From positions 2,070,001-2,102,000 of the forward strand of contig NZ_CP080507.1 of assembly GCF_019464535.1 (NCBI RefSeq): a DNA stretch of 32,000 nucleotides. The letters run 5' to 3'. The translations under genes and the position numbers were made by a program. The notes below the pieces were generated by a model. That model did no database searches and was not told where the DNA came from. It was given only the letters and a program-made list of their open reading frames with translations. Position 1 is the first letter of the stretch, and every line of letters starts with the position of its first letter. This DNA is from Horticoccus luteus (GTDB lineage Bacteria; Verrucomicrobiota; Verrucomicrobiia; Opitutales; Opitutaceae). This document shows positions 1 to 9,435 of this stretch, in pieces.

Positions 1-1554
1 GTCATGGGCGGGGTCGTCGGCCTGGTGCTCGCTCTCTGGTCCGCCGATCTCCTCGTCGCCTCGCTGTTGCGCTTCATGCCCTTCGACCTCGTCTGGCCGT
101 CCGGCCTCAGCCCCGTCGTGCTGGGCGCCACGTTTCTCTTCTGCGTGTTCGGCACCCTCCTCTTCGCGCTCGGGCCGGCGTTGAAGCTCTCCCGCGGCAA
201 CGTCCTCACCGACCTCAAGGAACAAGCCGGCGAGGACGTCGCCCCGCGCCGCTGGAAATATTTTCCGCGCCATCCCTTGGTCGTCGTGCAGATCGCGCTC
301 TCCCTCGCGCTCCTCACCGCCGCCGCCCTTTTCATCCGTGGCGCCGGCAAAGCCGCCAACGTCGACACCGGCCTCGACGTCCAACGCACCTGGCTCGTGC
401 AGGTCGACGCCAGTCTCGCCGGCCAGAATCCCGTCCGCTCCCGCGAACTCTACCACGAGCTCAATGCCCGCCTCGCCGCCCTTCCCGGCGTCGAAAGTGC
501 CAGCGTTTCCTCCCTCATTCCTTTCGGCATGGTCTCGAAAAGCAAAAAGATCTCGCGCGCCGGGCTCTATCCCGCGGCCGACGCCAAACCTTCCACCGCC
601 GCCGAGGGCCTCGCCTACTTCGCCAGTTGGAACAGCGTCGGCGCCGACTACTTCAAGTCGGTGGGACTCCCTCTCCTCCGGGGCCGGCCTTTCACCGCGG
701 CTGAGGCCACCCAGCCCGGCGGCCCGGCGGTGGCGATCATCGATGAATCGCTCGCCCGCAAACTCTGGCCCGATGGCAACGCGCTCGGCCAGCAACTCCA
801 ATACGCCGCCACGCACGCTCCCGCCGCCAAAAACTCTGGCGAGGGTGGTGGCATCAACATGAGCACCACCGCCGATTCCGGTGAAATCAAAGCCGGTGAA
901 CCTATCCAAGTCGTCGGCATCGTCCCCTCCACCCGTCACGCCCTCTTCGAGAAGGAGGTCGGCAGCAGCATCTACCTGCCCTACAGCCGAGGCTTCCAAA
1001 GCGACGTCCATTTCCTCGTGCGTTTCGCCACGCTCCCCACGGATGCCAACGCCACCACCGCCCTCCTCCGCCGCACCGTGCGCGAATTCGATGCCACGCT
1101 GCCCGTGCTCGCCATCAAATCCTTCCCGCAGCACCTCGACGGCAACATTCAGATCTGGGTCGTTCGCGCCGGGGCCGCCCTCTTCTCCGTATTCGGCGGC
1201 CTCGCCCTCGGCCTGGCTGTCGTCGGCATTTACGGCGTGAAAGCCTACGCCGTCGCCCGCCGCACCCGCGAGATCGGCATCCGCATGGCCCTCGGCGCCC
1301 AACCCGCAGTCGTCCTGAAAATGATTCTTCGCGAGGCCACGCTCATGCTCGCGTGCGGTCTCCTCCTCGGCGTCCTCCTCGCGTTCGGCACCGGCCAGCT
1401 CGTCAGCAGCCTCCTTTACCACGTCAGCGCCACCGACCCGATCGCGTTCACCGTGGCGCCGGTCGTCCTCGCCCTCGCCGCCTTCGTCGCCGCTTGGATT
1501 CCCGCCCGCCGCGCCACCCGCATCAACCCGCTCACCGCCCTCCGCTCCGAATAA
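1..1554 (+). CDS. ADOP-type duplicated FtsX/MacB-like permease, 3' part only (5' end lies left of the window)
   Basis: The reading frame is open from base 1, with no stop before the listed Met at 4. Hydrophobic TM stretches flank a large soluble domain. The second-module box RTREIGIRMALGAQ and the C-terminal tail IPARRATRINPLTALRSE are shared with the four complete paralogues downstream. TAA stop at 1552-1554. Confidence 0.85.
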   Translation, partial: VMGGVVGLVLALWSADLLVASLLRFMPFDLVWPSGLSPVVLGATFLFCVFGTLLFALGPALKLSRGNVLTDLKEQAGEDVAPRRWKYFPRHPLVVVQIALSLALLTAAALFIRGAGKAANVDTGLDVQRTWLVQVDASLAGQNPVRSRELYHELNARLAALPGVESASVSSLIPFGMVSKSKKISRAGLYPAADAKPSTAAEGLAYFASWNSVGADYFKSVGLPLLRGRPFTAAEATQPGGPAVAIIDESLARKLWPDGNALGQQLQYAATHAPAAKNSGEGGGINMSTTADSGEIKAGEPIQVVGIVPSTRHALFEKEVGSSIYLPYSRGFQSDVHFLVRFATLPTDANATTALLRRTVREFDATLPVLAIKSFPQHLDGNIQIWVVRAGAALFSVFGGLALGLAVVGIYGVKAYAVARRTREIGIRMALGAQPAVVLKMILREATLMLACGLLLGVLLAFGTGQLVSSLLYHVSATDPIAFTVAPVVLALAAFVAAWIPARRATRINPLTALRSE

Positions 1555-1692
1555 TCCACCGCGCGCGTCCGTCCAAAATCGTTCGCTTCGTTCGTTCTCT
1601 TTTCACCACCTGGTTTCTTCGCGCTGCTTCGAGCCACCTTCGTTCGCTCCCGCGCGCGTCTCATCATCCCGTCGCCCAATCCTGTTTTTCCC

Positions 1693-4119
1693 ATGCTCGC
1701 TGATTTCCGCGCCGCCGTCCGCCAGCTCGCCAAGTGCCCCGGCTTCACCGCCGTCGCCGTCCTCACCCTCGCGCTCTGCATCGGAGCCAACAGCGCCATT
1801 TTCTCGGTTCTCAACGCGATCCTCCTCAAGCCCTACCCGTGGCCCGAATCCGAGCAGCTCGTTTACGCCAACAACACCTACCCGCTCATGGGTCTGCCCG
1901 ACGCCGGCGTGTCGATTCCCGACTACCTCGACCGCCGCACCGCGAAATCCTTCGTCGACGGCGCGATCTATTCCGGCACCTCCGTCAATCTCGCCGCCGA
2001 AGGCACCGCCCCCGAACGCATCAACGCCCTTTCCGCTTCGCCTTCCCTCTTTCCGCTCCTTCGCGTTCCCCCGCTCCTCGGGCGCACGTTCACGGAAAAC
2101 GAAACCGATCCCGGCGCGCCCCGCTCCGCCGTGCTCAGCTACGATCTCTGGCAAAACCGCTTCGGCGGTGACCGCGCCATCATCGGCCGCGACATCCGGC
2201 TCAACGGCGAACCCGTCACCGTCGTCGGCGTGATGCCGCCCGGCTTCTATTTTCCCAGCCCGCGCACGCAGCTCTGGATTCCCTTTCGCATTACGCCCGC
2301 GCAGCGCACCGACGACGAGCGCGGCACCGAATTTTCCAACTTCATCGGCCGCCTCAAGCCCGGCGTCTCCCTCGCGCAAGCCCAGGCCGAACTCGACGCC
2401 CTGCAATCCGCGCTCGCCGCGCGCCTCCCCGCCCTCGCGCCGTTTTGGAAGTCGTCCGGCTTCGCGCCCCACGTCATCGGCTTTCTCGATTTCAACGTCT
2501 CCGGCGTGCGCGCCATGCTCTGGTTCGTGCAGGCCGGCGTCGTCGCCGCGCTGCTCATCGGCTGCGCGAATGTCGCCAGCCTCCTCCTCGCTCGCGCCAT
2601 GAGCCGCGAACGCGAACTCGCCATCCGCGCCGCCCTCGGCGCCTCCCGCCGCCGCCTCGTGCAATTGCTCCTCACCGAGAGCGTTGTCCTCTTCCTCGCC
2701 GGCGGCGCGCTCGGCCTCGTCGTCGCGTTGTGGGGCATCAGCGCCCTCAACCACCTCGGCCTCGATGCCATGCCCCGCGGTTACAACGTCGCGCTCGATG
2801 CCCGGGTGTTTGTCTTCACCCTCGTCTGCGCGCTCGCCAGCGGCCTCGCCTTCGGCGCCTTCCCCGCGTGGCAGGCCGCCAGCGGTCGCGCCGTCGATGC
2901 GCTCAAGGAAGCCGGCACCCGCGCCACCGCCAGCCGCCGCCACCTCTGGCTGCGCAGCGGCCTCGTCGTCGCGGAGATCGCGCTCTCCCTCATGCTCGTG
3001 GCCACCGCCGCGCTCCTCGTGCGCAGCTTCGCGCGCCTTCAGAACGTCAACCCCGGCTTCAACCCCGCCCACGTCCTCACCGCCCAACTCGCGTTGCCCG
3101 CCACGAAATACCCTACGCCTGAAAAACAGGCCGCCTTCGCCGACGCCGTGCTCGCCCAAATCCGCGCCCTTCCCGGCGTCACCGCGGCCGGCCTCACCAC
3201 CACGTTGCCTTTCTCCAACACCAACAGCCAGAGCTCCTACAACATCGTCGGCTACACGCCTCCCGCCGGCCAGCCGCAGCCGCACGGCCAGGTGCGGCAG
3301 GTCACGCCCGGGTATTTTGCCAGCCTCGGCATCCCCCTGCTGCGCGGCCGCCTCATCGATGAACGCGATACCGCGGCCCGCGCCAACGTCGTCGTCATCG
3401 ACCACTTCCTTGCCGACCGCTACTTCGCCCATCGCGATCCCGTCGGCGCCCATCTCAAAGATGACGATGGCACCAAGGACTGGGAGATCGTCGGAGTCGT
3501 CGGCACCATCAAAAATGCCAACCTCGACCAGCCCACCGCCAAGGAAACGCTCTATTATTCCTTCGCCCAATCTCCCGCGCGCAACGTCGCCCTCACCGTC
3601 AAAACCGCGCGCGACCCCGCGACGCTTATCGCGCCGCTGCGCCAGACCGTGCTCGCGCTCGACCCCGAGCAACCGCTGTTCGACGTGAAACTCATGACCG
3701 AGCGGATCGACGAAGCGCTGGTGCGCCGCCGCGCCCCCATGCTCCTCATCGGCATCTTCGCCACCGTCGCGCTCCTCCTCGCCGCGCTCGGGGTCTACGG
3801 CGTGCTCGCGTTTGCCGTCGGCCAGCGCACCCCCGAGATCGGCGTCCGCATGGCGCTCGGCGCCCAGCGCGGCGACATTCTCCGCCTGATCCTGCGCCAA
3901 GGCACGACGCTCATCGCCGTCGGCCTCGCGCTCGGCCTCGCCGGCTATCTGGCCGTGAGCCGCCTGCTCGGCCAGCTCCTCTACGACGTCGCGCCGACGG
4001 ATCCCTTGACCCTTCTCCTCGCCCCCGCGCTCCTCGCCGCCGTCGCCCTGCTCGCCAGTTTTCTCCCCGCCCGGCGCGCGACCAAAGTCGATCCGTTGAT
4101 CGCGCTCCGCTCCGAGTAG
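1693..4119 (+). CDS. ADOP-type duplicated FtsX/MacB-like ABC permease (808 aa), no ATPase domain
   Basis: ATG at 1693. N-terminal family signature [39 protein letters not shown]. There are two modules, each a large soluble domain followed by an FtsX-type TM bundle ([28 protein letters not shown] and [14 protein letters not shown]). C-terminal [17 protein letters not shown]. Confidence 0.9.
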   Translation: MLADFRAAVRQLAKCPGFTAVAVLTLALCIGANSAIFSVLNAILLKPYPWPESEQLVYANNTYPLMGLPDAGVSIPDYLDRRTAKSFVDGAIYSGTSVNLAAEGTAPERINALSASPSLFPLLRVPPLLGRTFTENETDPGAPRSAVLSYDLWQNRFGGDRAIIGRDIRLNGEPVTVVGVMPPGFYFPSPRTQLWIPFRITPAQRTDDERGTEFSNFIGRLKPGVSLAQAQAELDALQSALAARLPALAPFWKSSGFAPHVIGFLDFNVSGVRAMLWFVQAGVVAALLIGCANVASLLLARAMSRERELAIRAALGASRRRLVQLLLTESVVLFLAGGALGLVVALWGISALNHLGLDAMPRGYNVALDARVFVFTLVCALASGLAFGAFPAWQAASGRAVDALKEAGTRATASRRHLWLRSGLVVAEIALSLMLVATAALLVRSFARLQNVNPGFNPAHVLTAQLALPATKYPTPEKQAAFADAVLAQIRALPGVTAAGLTTTLPFSNTNSQSSYNIVGYTPPAGQPQPHGQVRQVTPGYFASLGIPLLRGRLIDERDTAARANVVVIDHFLADRYFAHRDPVGAHLKDDDGTKDWEIVGVVGTIKNANLDQPTAKETLYYSFAQSPARNVALTVKTARDPATLIAPLRQTVLALDPEQPLFDVKLMTERIDEALVRRRAPMLLIGIFATVALLLAALGVYGVLAFAVGQRTPEIGVRMALGAQRGDILRLILRQGTTLIAVGLALGLAGYLAVSRLLGQLLYDVAPTDPLTLLLAPALLAAVALLASFLPARRATKVDPLIALRSE

Positions 4120-4324
4120 CCCGCGCCTCATCCGCCGCCTCCATCCCATTCATGGGACCGCCCCGTTTCACTTTCGCTCTCAACGCCCCGCACCGCGTGC
4201 GGTCCGCAAATTTTATCTATCGATTGATTAGCTACTAACGCGCCTCGCGCGAATCCGGCATCGCGCCTGCAAGGAAGTTCCCCGCCGACGCCCGTCGCGT
4301 CCGCCTCGTCCAACTGCCCCTCCC

Positions 4325-6838
4325 ATGTTTCTCGAAAGCTTTGCCCAAGACGTCCGCGTCGGTCTCCGCGTGCTCGTCAAAGAAAAGGGCTTCTGCGCCC
4401 TCGCCGCTGGCGTGCTCGCGCTCGGCATCGCCGCCGTCGCCACCCAGTTTGCCGTCGTCGACGGCGTGCTCCTCCGCGGTTTCGCGTTCCACGATCCCGA
4501 GCAACTCACCGACGTCCAACTCGTCGACCCCACCAATTTTTCGCCGTCGAATTTCAACTCGCGCGTCACCACCGCCGACTTCGCCGAGCTCAAGGAGCAG
4601 CAGCGGTCCTTCTCCGCGTTCGTCGCTTATCTCAACGGCTCCACGGTCAACCTCACCTACAACGGCCATCCGCAACGTCTCCAAGGCGGCTACATCACCT
4701 ACGATTTCTTCCGCGCCCTCGGCGTCGCCCCGTCGCTCGGCCGCGATTTTCTGCCGGAGGACGATCGGCCCGGCGTCACGAAAGCCGTCATCCTGGGCGA
4801 TGCCCTTTGGAAACGCGATTTCGGCGGCGACCCCGGCGTCATCGGCCAGACCGTCCGCGTCAATGGCCGCGCTGGCGTGATCGTCGGCGTCATGCCGCCC
4901 AAGTTCGCGTTTCCCGCCAACGAGCAGCTCTGGATTCCCGTCAACACCGAGTTCCCCGTGCGCCCGCGGAACGATCGCAACATCAACTTCGTCTCCATCA
5001 TCGGCCGCCTGAAGCCCGGTGTTTCCCTCGCCGCCGCCAACGCCGAGATGATGACGCTCGCCCGGCACTTTTCCGTCACGTATCCGGAGAACAAACAGTT
5101 CAGCCTCGGCTGGGTGCGCCCGCTCATCGGCGCCTTCACCGGCCCCCAACTCTCCGGCCTTCTCTACACGATGCTGGCGTTCTGCCTCGGCGTCCTGCTC
5201 ATCGCCTGCGTCAACGTCATGAACATGCAGTTCGCGCGCGCCACCTTGCGCGCGAAAGAGCTCGCGGTCCGCTCCTCACTCGGCGCCACGCGCATCCGCC
5301 TCATCCGCCAGATGCTCACCGAGAGCCTGCTCCTCGCCGCCATCGGCGCCGTCGTCGGCATCGCGCTCGCCGCGTGGAGCATCGAGTGGGTGGACCGCGC
5401 CGTGCACAACCTCAACAACCCCATCCCGGCCTGGATGACGTTTCACCTCGATCTGCCTGTGCTCGTGTGCGTCGTCGGAGCCACGGTCTTCGCCGCCGTT
5501 ATCTCCGGTCTGCTCCCCGCGCTCATGGCCTCGCGCGCCAACGCCGGTGAAGTCCTCAAGGAATCCGGCCGCGGCAACACCGGCCGCCTCACCCGGGTCG
5601 TCACCAAAGGCCTCGTCGTCTTCCAAATCGTCGTCACGTGCATCCTGCTCATCGGCTCCCTCCTCCAGCTCCAGTCCATCCTCCGCCAGCAACGCACCGA
5701 CTACGGTTACGATACCTCCAGCGTCCTCTCCGCCCGCCTCGGGCTGATGGAAGGCGACTACCCCACCAACGACTCCCGCCTTCTCTTCTACGACAAGCTG
5801 CTCCGTGAACTCCGCGCCACCTCCGGCGTCGAATCCGCCGCCTTCACGAACCGTTTCCAAATGGTCTTCGCCGGCAACGGCACCATCGAAATCGAGGGCC
5901 GCGAATATAAAACCGATCAAGACCGCCCGCGCGCCAATTTCGAAAACGTCACCGACGGCTACTTCGCCACCCTCGGCCAGCGCCTCCTCGCCGGCCGCGA
6001 TTTCACGATGGACGACACCGATCCGAAAAACCCCGTCGCCATCGTCAACACCACCTTCGCGCAAAAATTCTTCGGCCACGAAAGCCCGCTCGGCCGCCGC
6101 TTCCGCCCCGTCGGAGGCAACGGCACCATCTTCGACCCCTGGCGCACCATCGTCGGCGTCGTCTCCGATGTGCGGATGCTCCCGCCCTTCAACAATCCCA
6201 ACCTCACCGACAACACCGGTTTCTACACCCCCTTCAACAGCTTCATCTACGGCGACGGCCAGCCCGCCATCAACGGCCTCCAGTTTGCCACGATCGTCGT
6301 GAAACCCCGCGGTGGTGGCCGCCCTGAAGCGTTCGACGCCGCCCTTCGCCGCGCCGTCAACCGCATCGACCCCAACCTGCCGCTCTACTTCGTCGGCACG
6401 CCGAAAACCAACATCGATGCCCAGCTCTCGGGACCGCGCGTCATCGCACTCATGTTCACCGTGTTTGGCGCCATCGCGATCATCCTCGCCTCAGTCGGCC
6501 TCTACGGCGTGACGTCTTTTTCCGTCAACCAACGCACCCAGGAATTCGGCATCCGCATGGCGCTCGGCGCCGACCACCGCACCATCCTTCGCATGGTTCT
6601 GCGCCAGGGCGCCGCCCAGATCGGGCTCGGCCTCGCGCTCGGGATTCTCCTCGCCCTCGCGATCGCCCTCATCGCGCGCGACGGCATCACGAATTTCCTC
6701 TTCCAGATCAGCCCGCACGATCCGCTGACCTACACCGCCGTCGCCCTGCTCCTCGCCGGCGTCTCCTTGCTCGCGACCCTCATCCCCGCCCGCCGCGCCA
6801 CCCGCGTCGATCCCATGGTCGCCCTCCGCGCGGAATAA
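4325..6838 (+). CDS. ADOP-like duplicated FtsX/MacB-like ABC permease (837 aa), most divergent member of the array
   Basis: ATG at 4325. Divergent N-terminus MFLESFAQDVRVGLRVLVKEKGF followed by a TM segment. First FtsX box ACVNVMNMQFARATLRAKELAVRSSLGA, second box RTQEFGIRMALGA, C-terminal PARRATRVDPMVALRAE. Two large soluble domains sit between the TM bundles. Confidence 0.88.
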   Translation: MFLESFAQDVRVGLRVLVKEKGFCALAAGVLALGIAAVATQFAVVDGVLLRGFAFHDPEQLTDVQLVDPTNFSPSNFNSRVTTADFAELKEQQRSFSAFVAYLNGSTVNLTYNGHPQRLQGGYITYDFFRALGVAPSLGRDFLPEDDRPGVTKAVILGDALWKRDFGGDPGVIGQTVRVNGRAGVIVGVMPPKFAFPANEQLWIPVNTEFPVRPRNDRNINFVSIIGRLKPGVSLAAANAEMMTLARHFSVTYPENKQFSLGWVRPLIGAFTGPQLSGLLYTMLAFCLGVLLIACVNVMNMQFARATLRAKELAVRSSLGATRIRLIRQMLTESLLLAAIGAVVGIALAAWSIEWVDRAVHNLNNPIPAWMTFHLDLPVLVCVVGATVFAAVISGLLPALMASRANAGEVLKESGRGNTGRLTRVVTKGLVVFQIVVTCILLIGSLLQLQSILRQQRTDYGYDTSSVLSARLGLMEGDYPTNDSRLLFYDKLLRELRATSGVESAAFTNRFQMVFAGNGTIEIEGREYKTDQDRPRANFENVTDGYFATLGQRLLAGRDFTMDDTDPKNPVAIVNTTFAQKFFGHESPLGRRFRPVGGNGTIFDPWRTIVGVVSDVRMLPPFNNPNLTDNTGFYTPFNSFIYGDGQPAINGLQFATIVVKPRGGGRPEAFDAALRRAVNRIDPNLPLYFVGTPKTNIDAQLSGPRVIALMFTVFGAIAIILASVGLYGVTSFSVNQRTQEFGIRMALGADHRTILRMVLRQGAAQIGLGLALGILLALAIALIARDGITNFLFQISPHDPLTYTAVALLLAGVSLLATLIPARRATRVDPMVALRAE

Positions 6839-6987
6839 CCAAGCTCCACCCTCCAACCTCCCAAGAAACTCCAACTTTCACTCATCACCCGCGATCCTTG
6901 GTCATTGCTCGATCTTCTCCGGAGCTTGGATGTTGGCGCGTGGTGCTTCTTCCGCCCCCACCCCGCCGTCCGAAATCGTAATCCGTC

Positions 6988-9396
6988 ATGCGTCACACCC
7001 TTCGCATCCTCGCCAAATCCCCCGGTTTCTCCCTCGTCGCCATCCTCGCCCTCGCCCTCGGCATCGGCGCCAACACCGCCCTCTTCAGCGTCACCGACGC
7101 CGTCTTCCTTCGCCCGCTGCCGTTCGCTCAACCTGCGCAGCTCGTGCGTCTCGCGTCCACCGATGCGCTCCACGGTTTCGATCGCGCCCCGTTTTCCCTC
7201 CCGCGATTTGAGGCCGTGCGCGAAAACCAGCAGGTTTTCCGCGACCTCGCCTGCGGCATTTTCACCGCCTTCACTCTCACCGGCCGGGGAGATCCCGTCC
7301 AAGTGCAGGGCTTCATGGCCTCGCAGGACTACCTGCCCACGCTCGGCCTCCAACCGCTTTTCGGCCGCAATTTTTCCGCCGCGGAAGACCGGCCCGGCGG
7401 CGCCCCCGTCGTCCTCGTCAGCTACAACTTTTGGCGCCAAACCTTGCACGCCGACCCCGCCGCTCTCGGCCAGTCGCTCACGATCGACGGCCAGCCTCAC
7501 ACCGTCATCGGCATCCTGCCTCCGGCGCTCTCGAGCATTCCGTTCAACCAAGTGGAGCTCTGGACGCCCCGGCCCGCCGAAGTGCCGTTTCTTCAACCTT
7601 CGCAACTCGAGGGCGGAGGCTTCTTCTTCCAAGTCATCGCCCGTTTGAAGCCCGGCGTCTCGCTCGCGCAGGCGCAGGAAAACATGAACGTCATCGCCGC
7701 CGCGTATCGCGCGGCGCACCCGTCGAATTCCGACGCTCCCAGCCACCTCGACGCGATTCCCCTCCTCGATGATCTCGTGGGCGATCAGCGCTCGACCTAC
7801 GCCCTCCTGTTCGGCGCCGTCGGGTGCGTCCTGCTCATCGCCTGTGCCAACGTCGCCAATCTCCTCCTCGCGCGCTTCTCCGCGCGCCGCAAGGAGCTCG
7901 CGCTGCGGCTGGCCCTCGGCGCCACCCGTGGGCACATCGTGCGCCAATTGTTGCTGGAAAGCACCGTCGTCGCCCTGCTCGGCGGCGCGCTCGGCGTCCT
8001 GCTGGCCCGCTGGGGCGTCGATGCGTTTGTCCGCCTTGGCCAGAATTTCATTCCGCGCTCCCAGGAAATCTCCGTCCATCTGCCCGCGCTGCTGTTCACC
8101 CTCGCCCTCGCACTCCTGACCGGCATCGGTATGGGACTCTTCCCCGCGCTCCATGCCGCCCGCACGCCGAGCGGTGACGCGTTGAAAGACGCCGGGCGCG
8201 GCTCCTCCGGCGGCCCCGCGCAAGGTCGCCTGCGGAGCGCCCTGCTCGTCGCCGAAATCGCCCTCTCGCTCGTTCTCCTCATCGCCGCCAGCCTCCTGCT
8301 CACCAGCTTCTCGCGGCTCCAACGCGTGTCGCCCGGCTTCGATCCCGATCACGTGTTCATCGGCTTCGTCAATCTCCCGCCCGCGAAATATCCCAACGCC
8401 ACCGCACTCTCCAATTTCTACCTGCACCTGCAGCAACGGCTCGCCGTGCTGCCCGGCGCGAAAGCCGTCGCGCTGGCCGATTCCCCGCCCCTGAGCGGCA
8501 ACAGCGGACCCGCGCCCATCGCCGTCGTCGGCCATCCCGTCCCGCCGCTCAGCGAACGCCCCAACGCGCTCCGCCATCTCGTCACGCCCAACAGTTTCGC
8601 CACCCTGCGCATTCCCTTGCTCCGCGGTCGCGATTTCAACGAACGCGATCTTCCCGGCAGCCCGGAAACCGTCATCATTAACGAAGCCTTCGCCCGGCAG
8701 TTTTTCCCCGGCGAAGATCCGCTGGGGCGCAAGATCATCACCGGCATGGCGCAGAAAACCGCCGAGATCGTCGGCGTTGTGGGCGACACCCACACCCTCG
8801 ACCTCACCACGCCACCGCGCGCCGAATATTTCCTCCCCGCGCTGCAACGCGGCGAAACGTTCACCTCGATCCTCGTGCGCACGGAGGGCGATCCCGCGGG
8901 CTTCGCCGCGTCGGTTCGCGCCGCGCTGCACGAAGTGGACGCCGACCAGCCACTGATCGGCGGCCAGCCGTTCGCGCAACTGATCGCGCGCACCTTCGCG
9001 GCCCGCCGTCTCGTCATGCTGCTGCTCGGCGCCTTCGCCGGGCTCGCGCTCATTCTCGCCGGCCTCGGCGTTTACAGCGTGATGGCCTATGTCGTCACCC
9101 AGCGGACAAATGAAATCGGCATCCGCATGGCGCTGGGCGCGACTCCTGGCGGCGTGCAGCGCCTCGTGCTCAAGCAGGGTTTGAGGCTCGTGGCGCTCGG
9201 CGTGTGCCTCGGGCTCAGCGGTGCACTCCTGCTCACCCAGTTCATGGCCAAAGTGCTGTTCGCTGTGCAGGCCGCCGATCCTCTGATTTACGCCGCCGCC
9301 GCCGCCTTCCTCGCCGTCGTGGCCGCTCTCGCGTGCTATTTCCCCGCCCGCCGCGCCACCCGCGTCGACCCGCTGATCGCCCTCCGCGCCGAATAA
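6988..9396 (+). CDS. ADOP-type duplicated FtsX/MacB-like ABC permease (802 aa)
   Basis: ATG at 6988. N-terminus MRHTLRILAKSPGFSLVAILALALGIGANTALFSV. Boxes ACANVANLLLARFSARRKELALRLALGA and RTNEIGIRMALGA. C-terminal [17 protein letters not shown]. Confidence 0.9.
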   Translation: MRHTLRILAKSPGFSLVAILALALGIGANTALFSVTDAVFLRPLPFAQPAQLVRLASTDALHGFDRAPFSLPRFEAVRENQQVFRDLACGIFTAFTLTGRGDPVQVQGFMASQDYLPTLGLQPLFGRNFSAAEDRPGGAPVVLVSYNFWRQTLHADPAALGQSLTIDGQPHTVIGILPPALSSIPFNQVELWTPRPAEVPFLQPSQLEGGGFFFQVIARLKPGVSLAQAQENMNVIAAAYRAAHPSNSDAPSHLDAIPLLDDLVGDQRSTYALLFGAVGCVLLIACANVANLLLARFSARRKELALRLALGATRGHIVRQLLLESTVVALLGGALGVLLARWGVDAFVRLGQNFIPRSQEISVHLPALLFTLALALLTGIGMGLFPALHAARTPSGDALKDAGRGSSGGPAQGRLRSALLVAEIALSLVLLIAASLLLTSFSRLQRVSPGFDPDHVFIGFVNLPPAKYPNATALSNFYLHLQQRLAVLPGAKAVALADSPPLSGNSGPAPIAVVGHPVPPLSERPNALRHLVTPNSFATLRIPLLRGRDFNERDLPGSPETVIINEAFARQFFPGEDPLGRKIITGMAQKTAEIVGVVGDTHTLDLTTPPRAEYFLPALQRGETFTSILVRTEGDPAGFAASVRAALHEVDADQPLIGGQPFAQLIARTFAARRLVMLLLGAFAGLALILAGLGVYSVMAYVVTQRTNEIGIRMALGATPGGVQRLVLKQGLRLVALGVCLGLSGALLLTQFMAKVLFAVQAADPLIYAAAAAFLAVVAALACYFPARRATRVDPLIALRAE

Positions 9397-9435
9397 TTTT
9401 CCGACCGGTCCAACCTGTTCGCTTAACTCTTCCTC

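Noticed and set aside
1603-4149. 848-aa ORF on the minus strand, antisense to the second ADOP gene
   Set aside because: The product is low-complexity (Gly/Glu/Ala/Arg/Asp runs) with no recognisable motifs. It fully shadows a plus-strand gene that has clear family signatures. This is a typical stop-codon-poor antisense frame in GC-rich DNA.
6784-6810. 27-nt stretch identical to 9342-9368 (ccccgcccgccgcgccacccgcgtcga), with near-identical copies at the 3' ends of the other ADOP genes. Considered as a dispersed repeat or REP-like element.
   Set aside because: It lies inside the coding sequence and encodes the conserved C-terminal PARRATRVD motif with the preferred GC-rich codons. Protein conservation plus codon bias explains it, although it could still serve as a recombination substrate.
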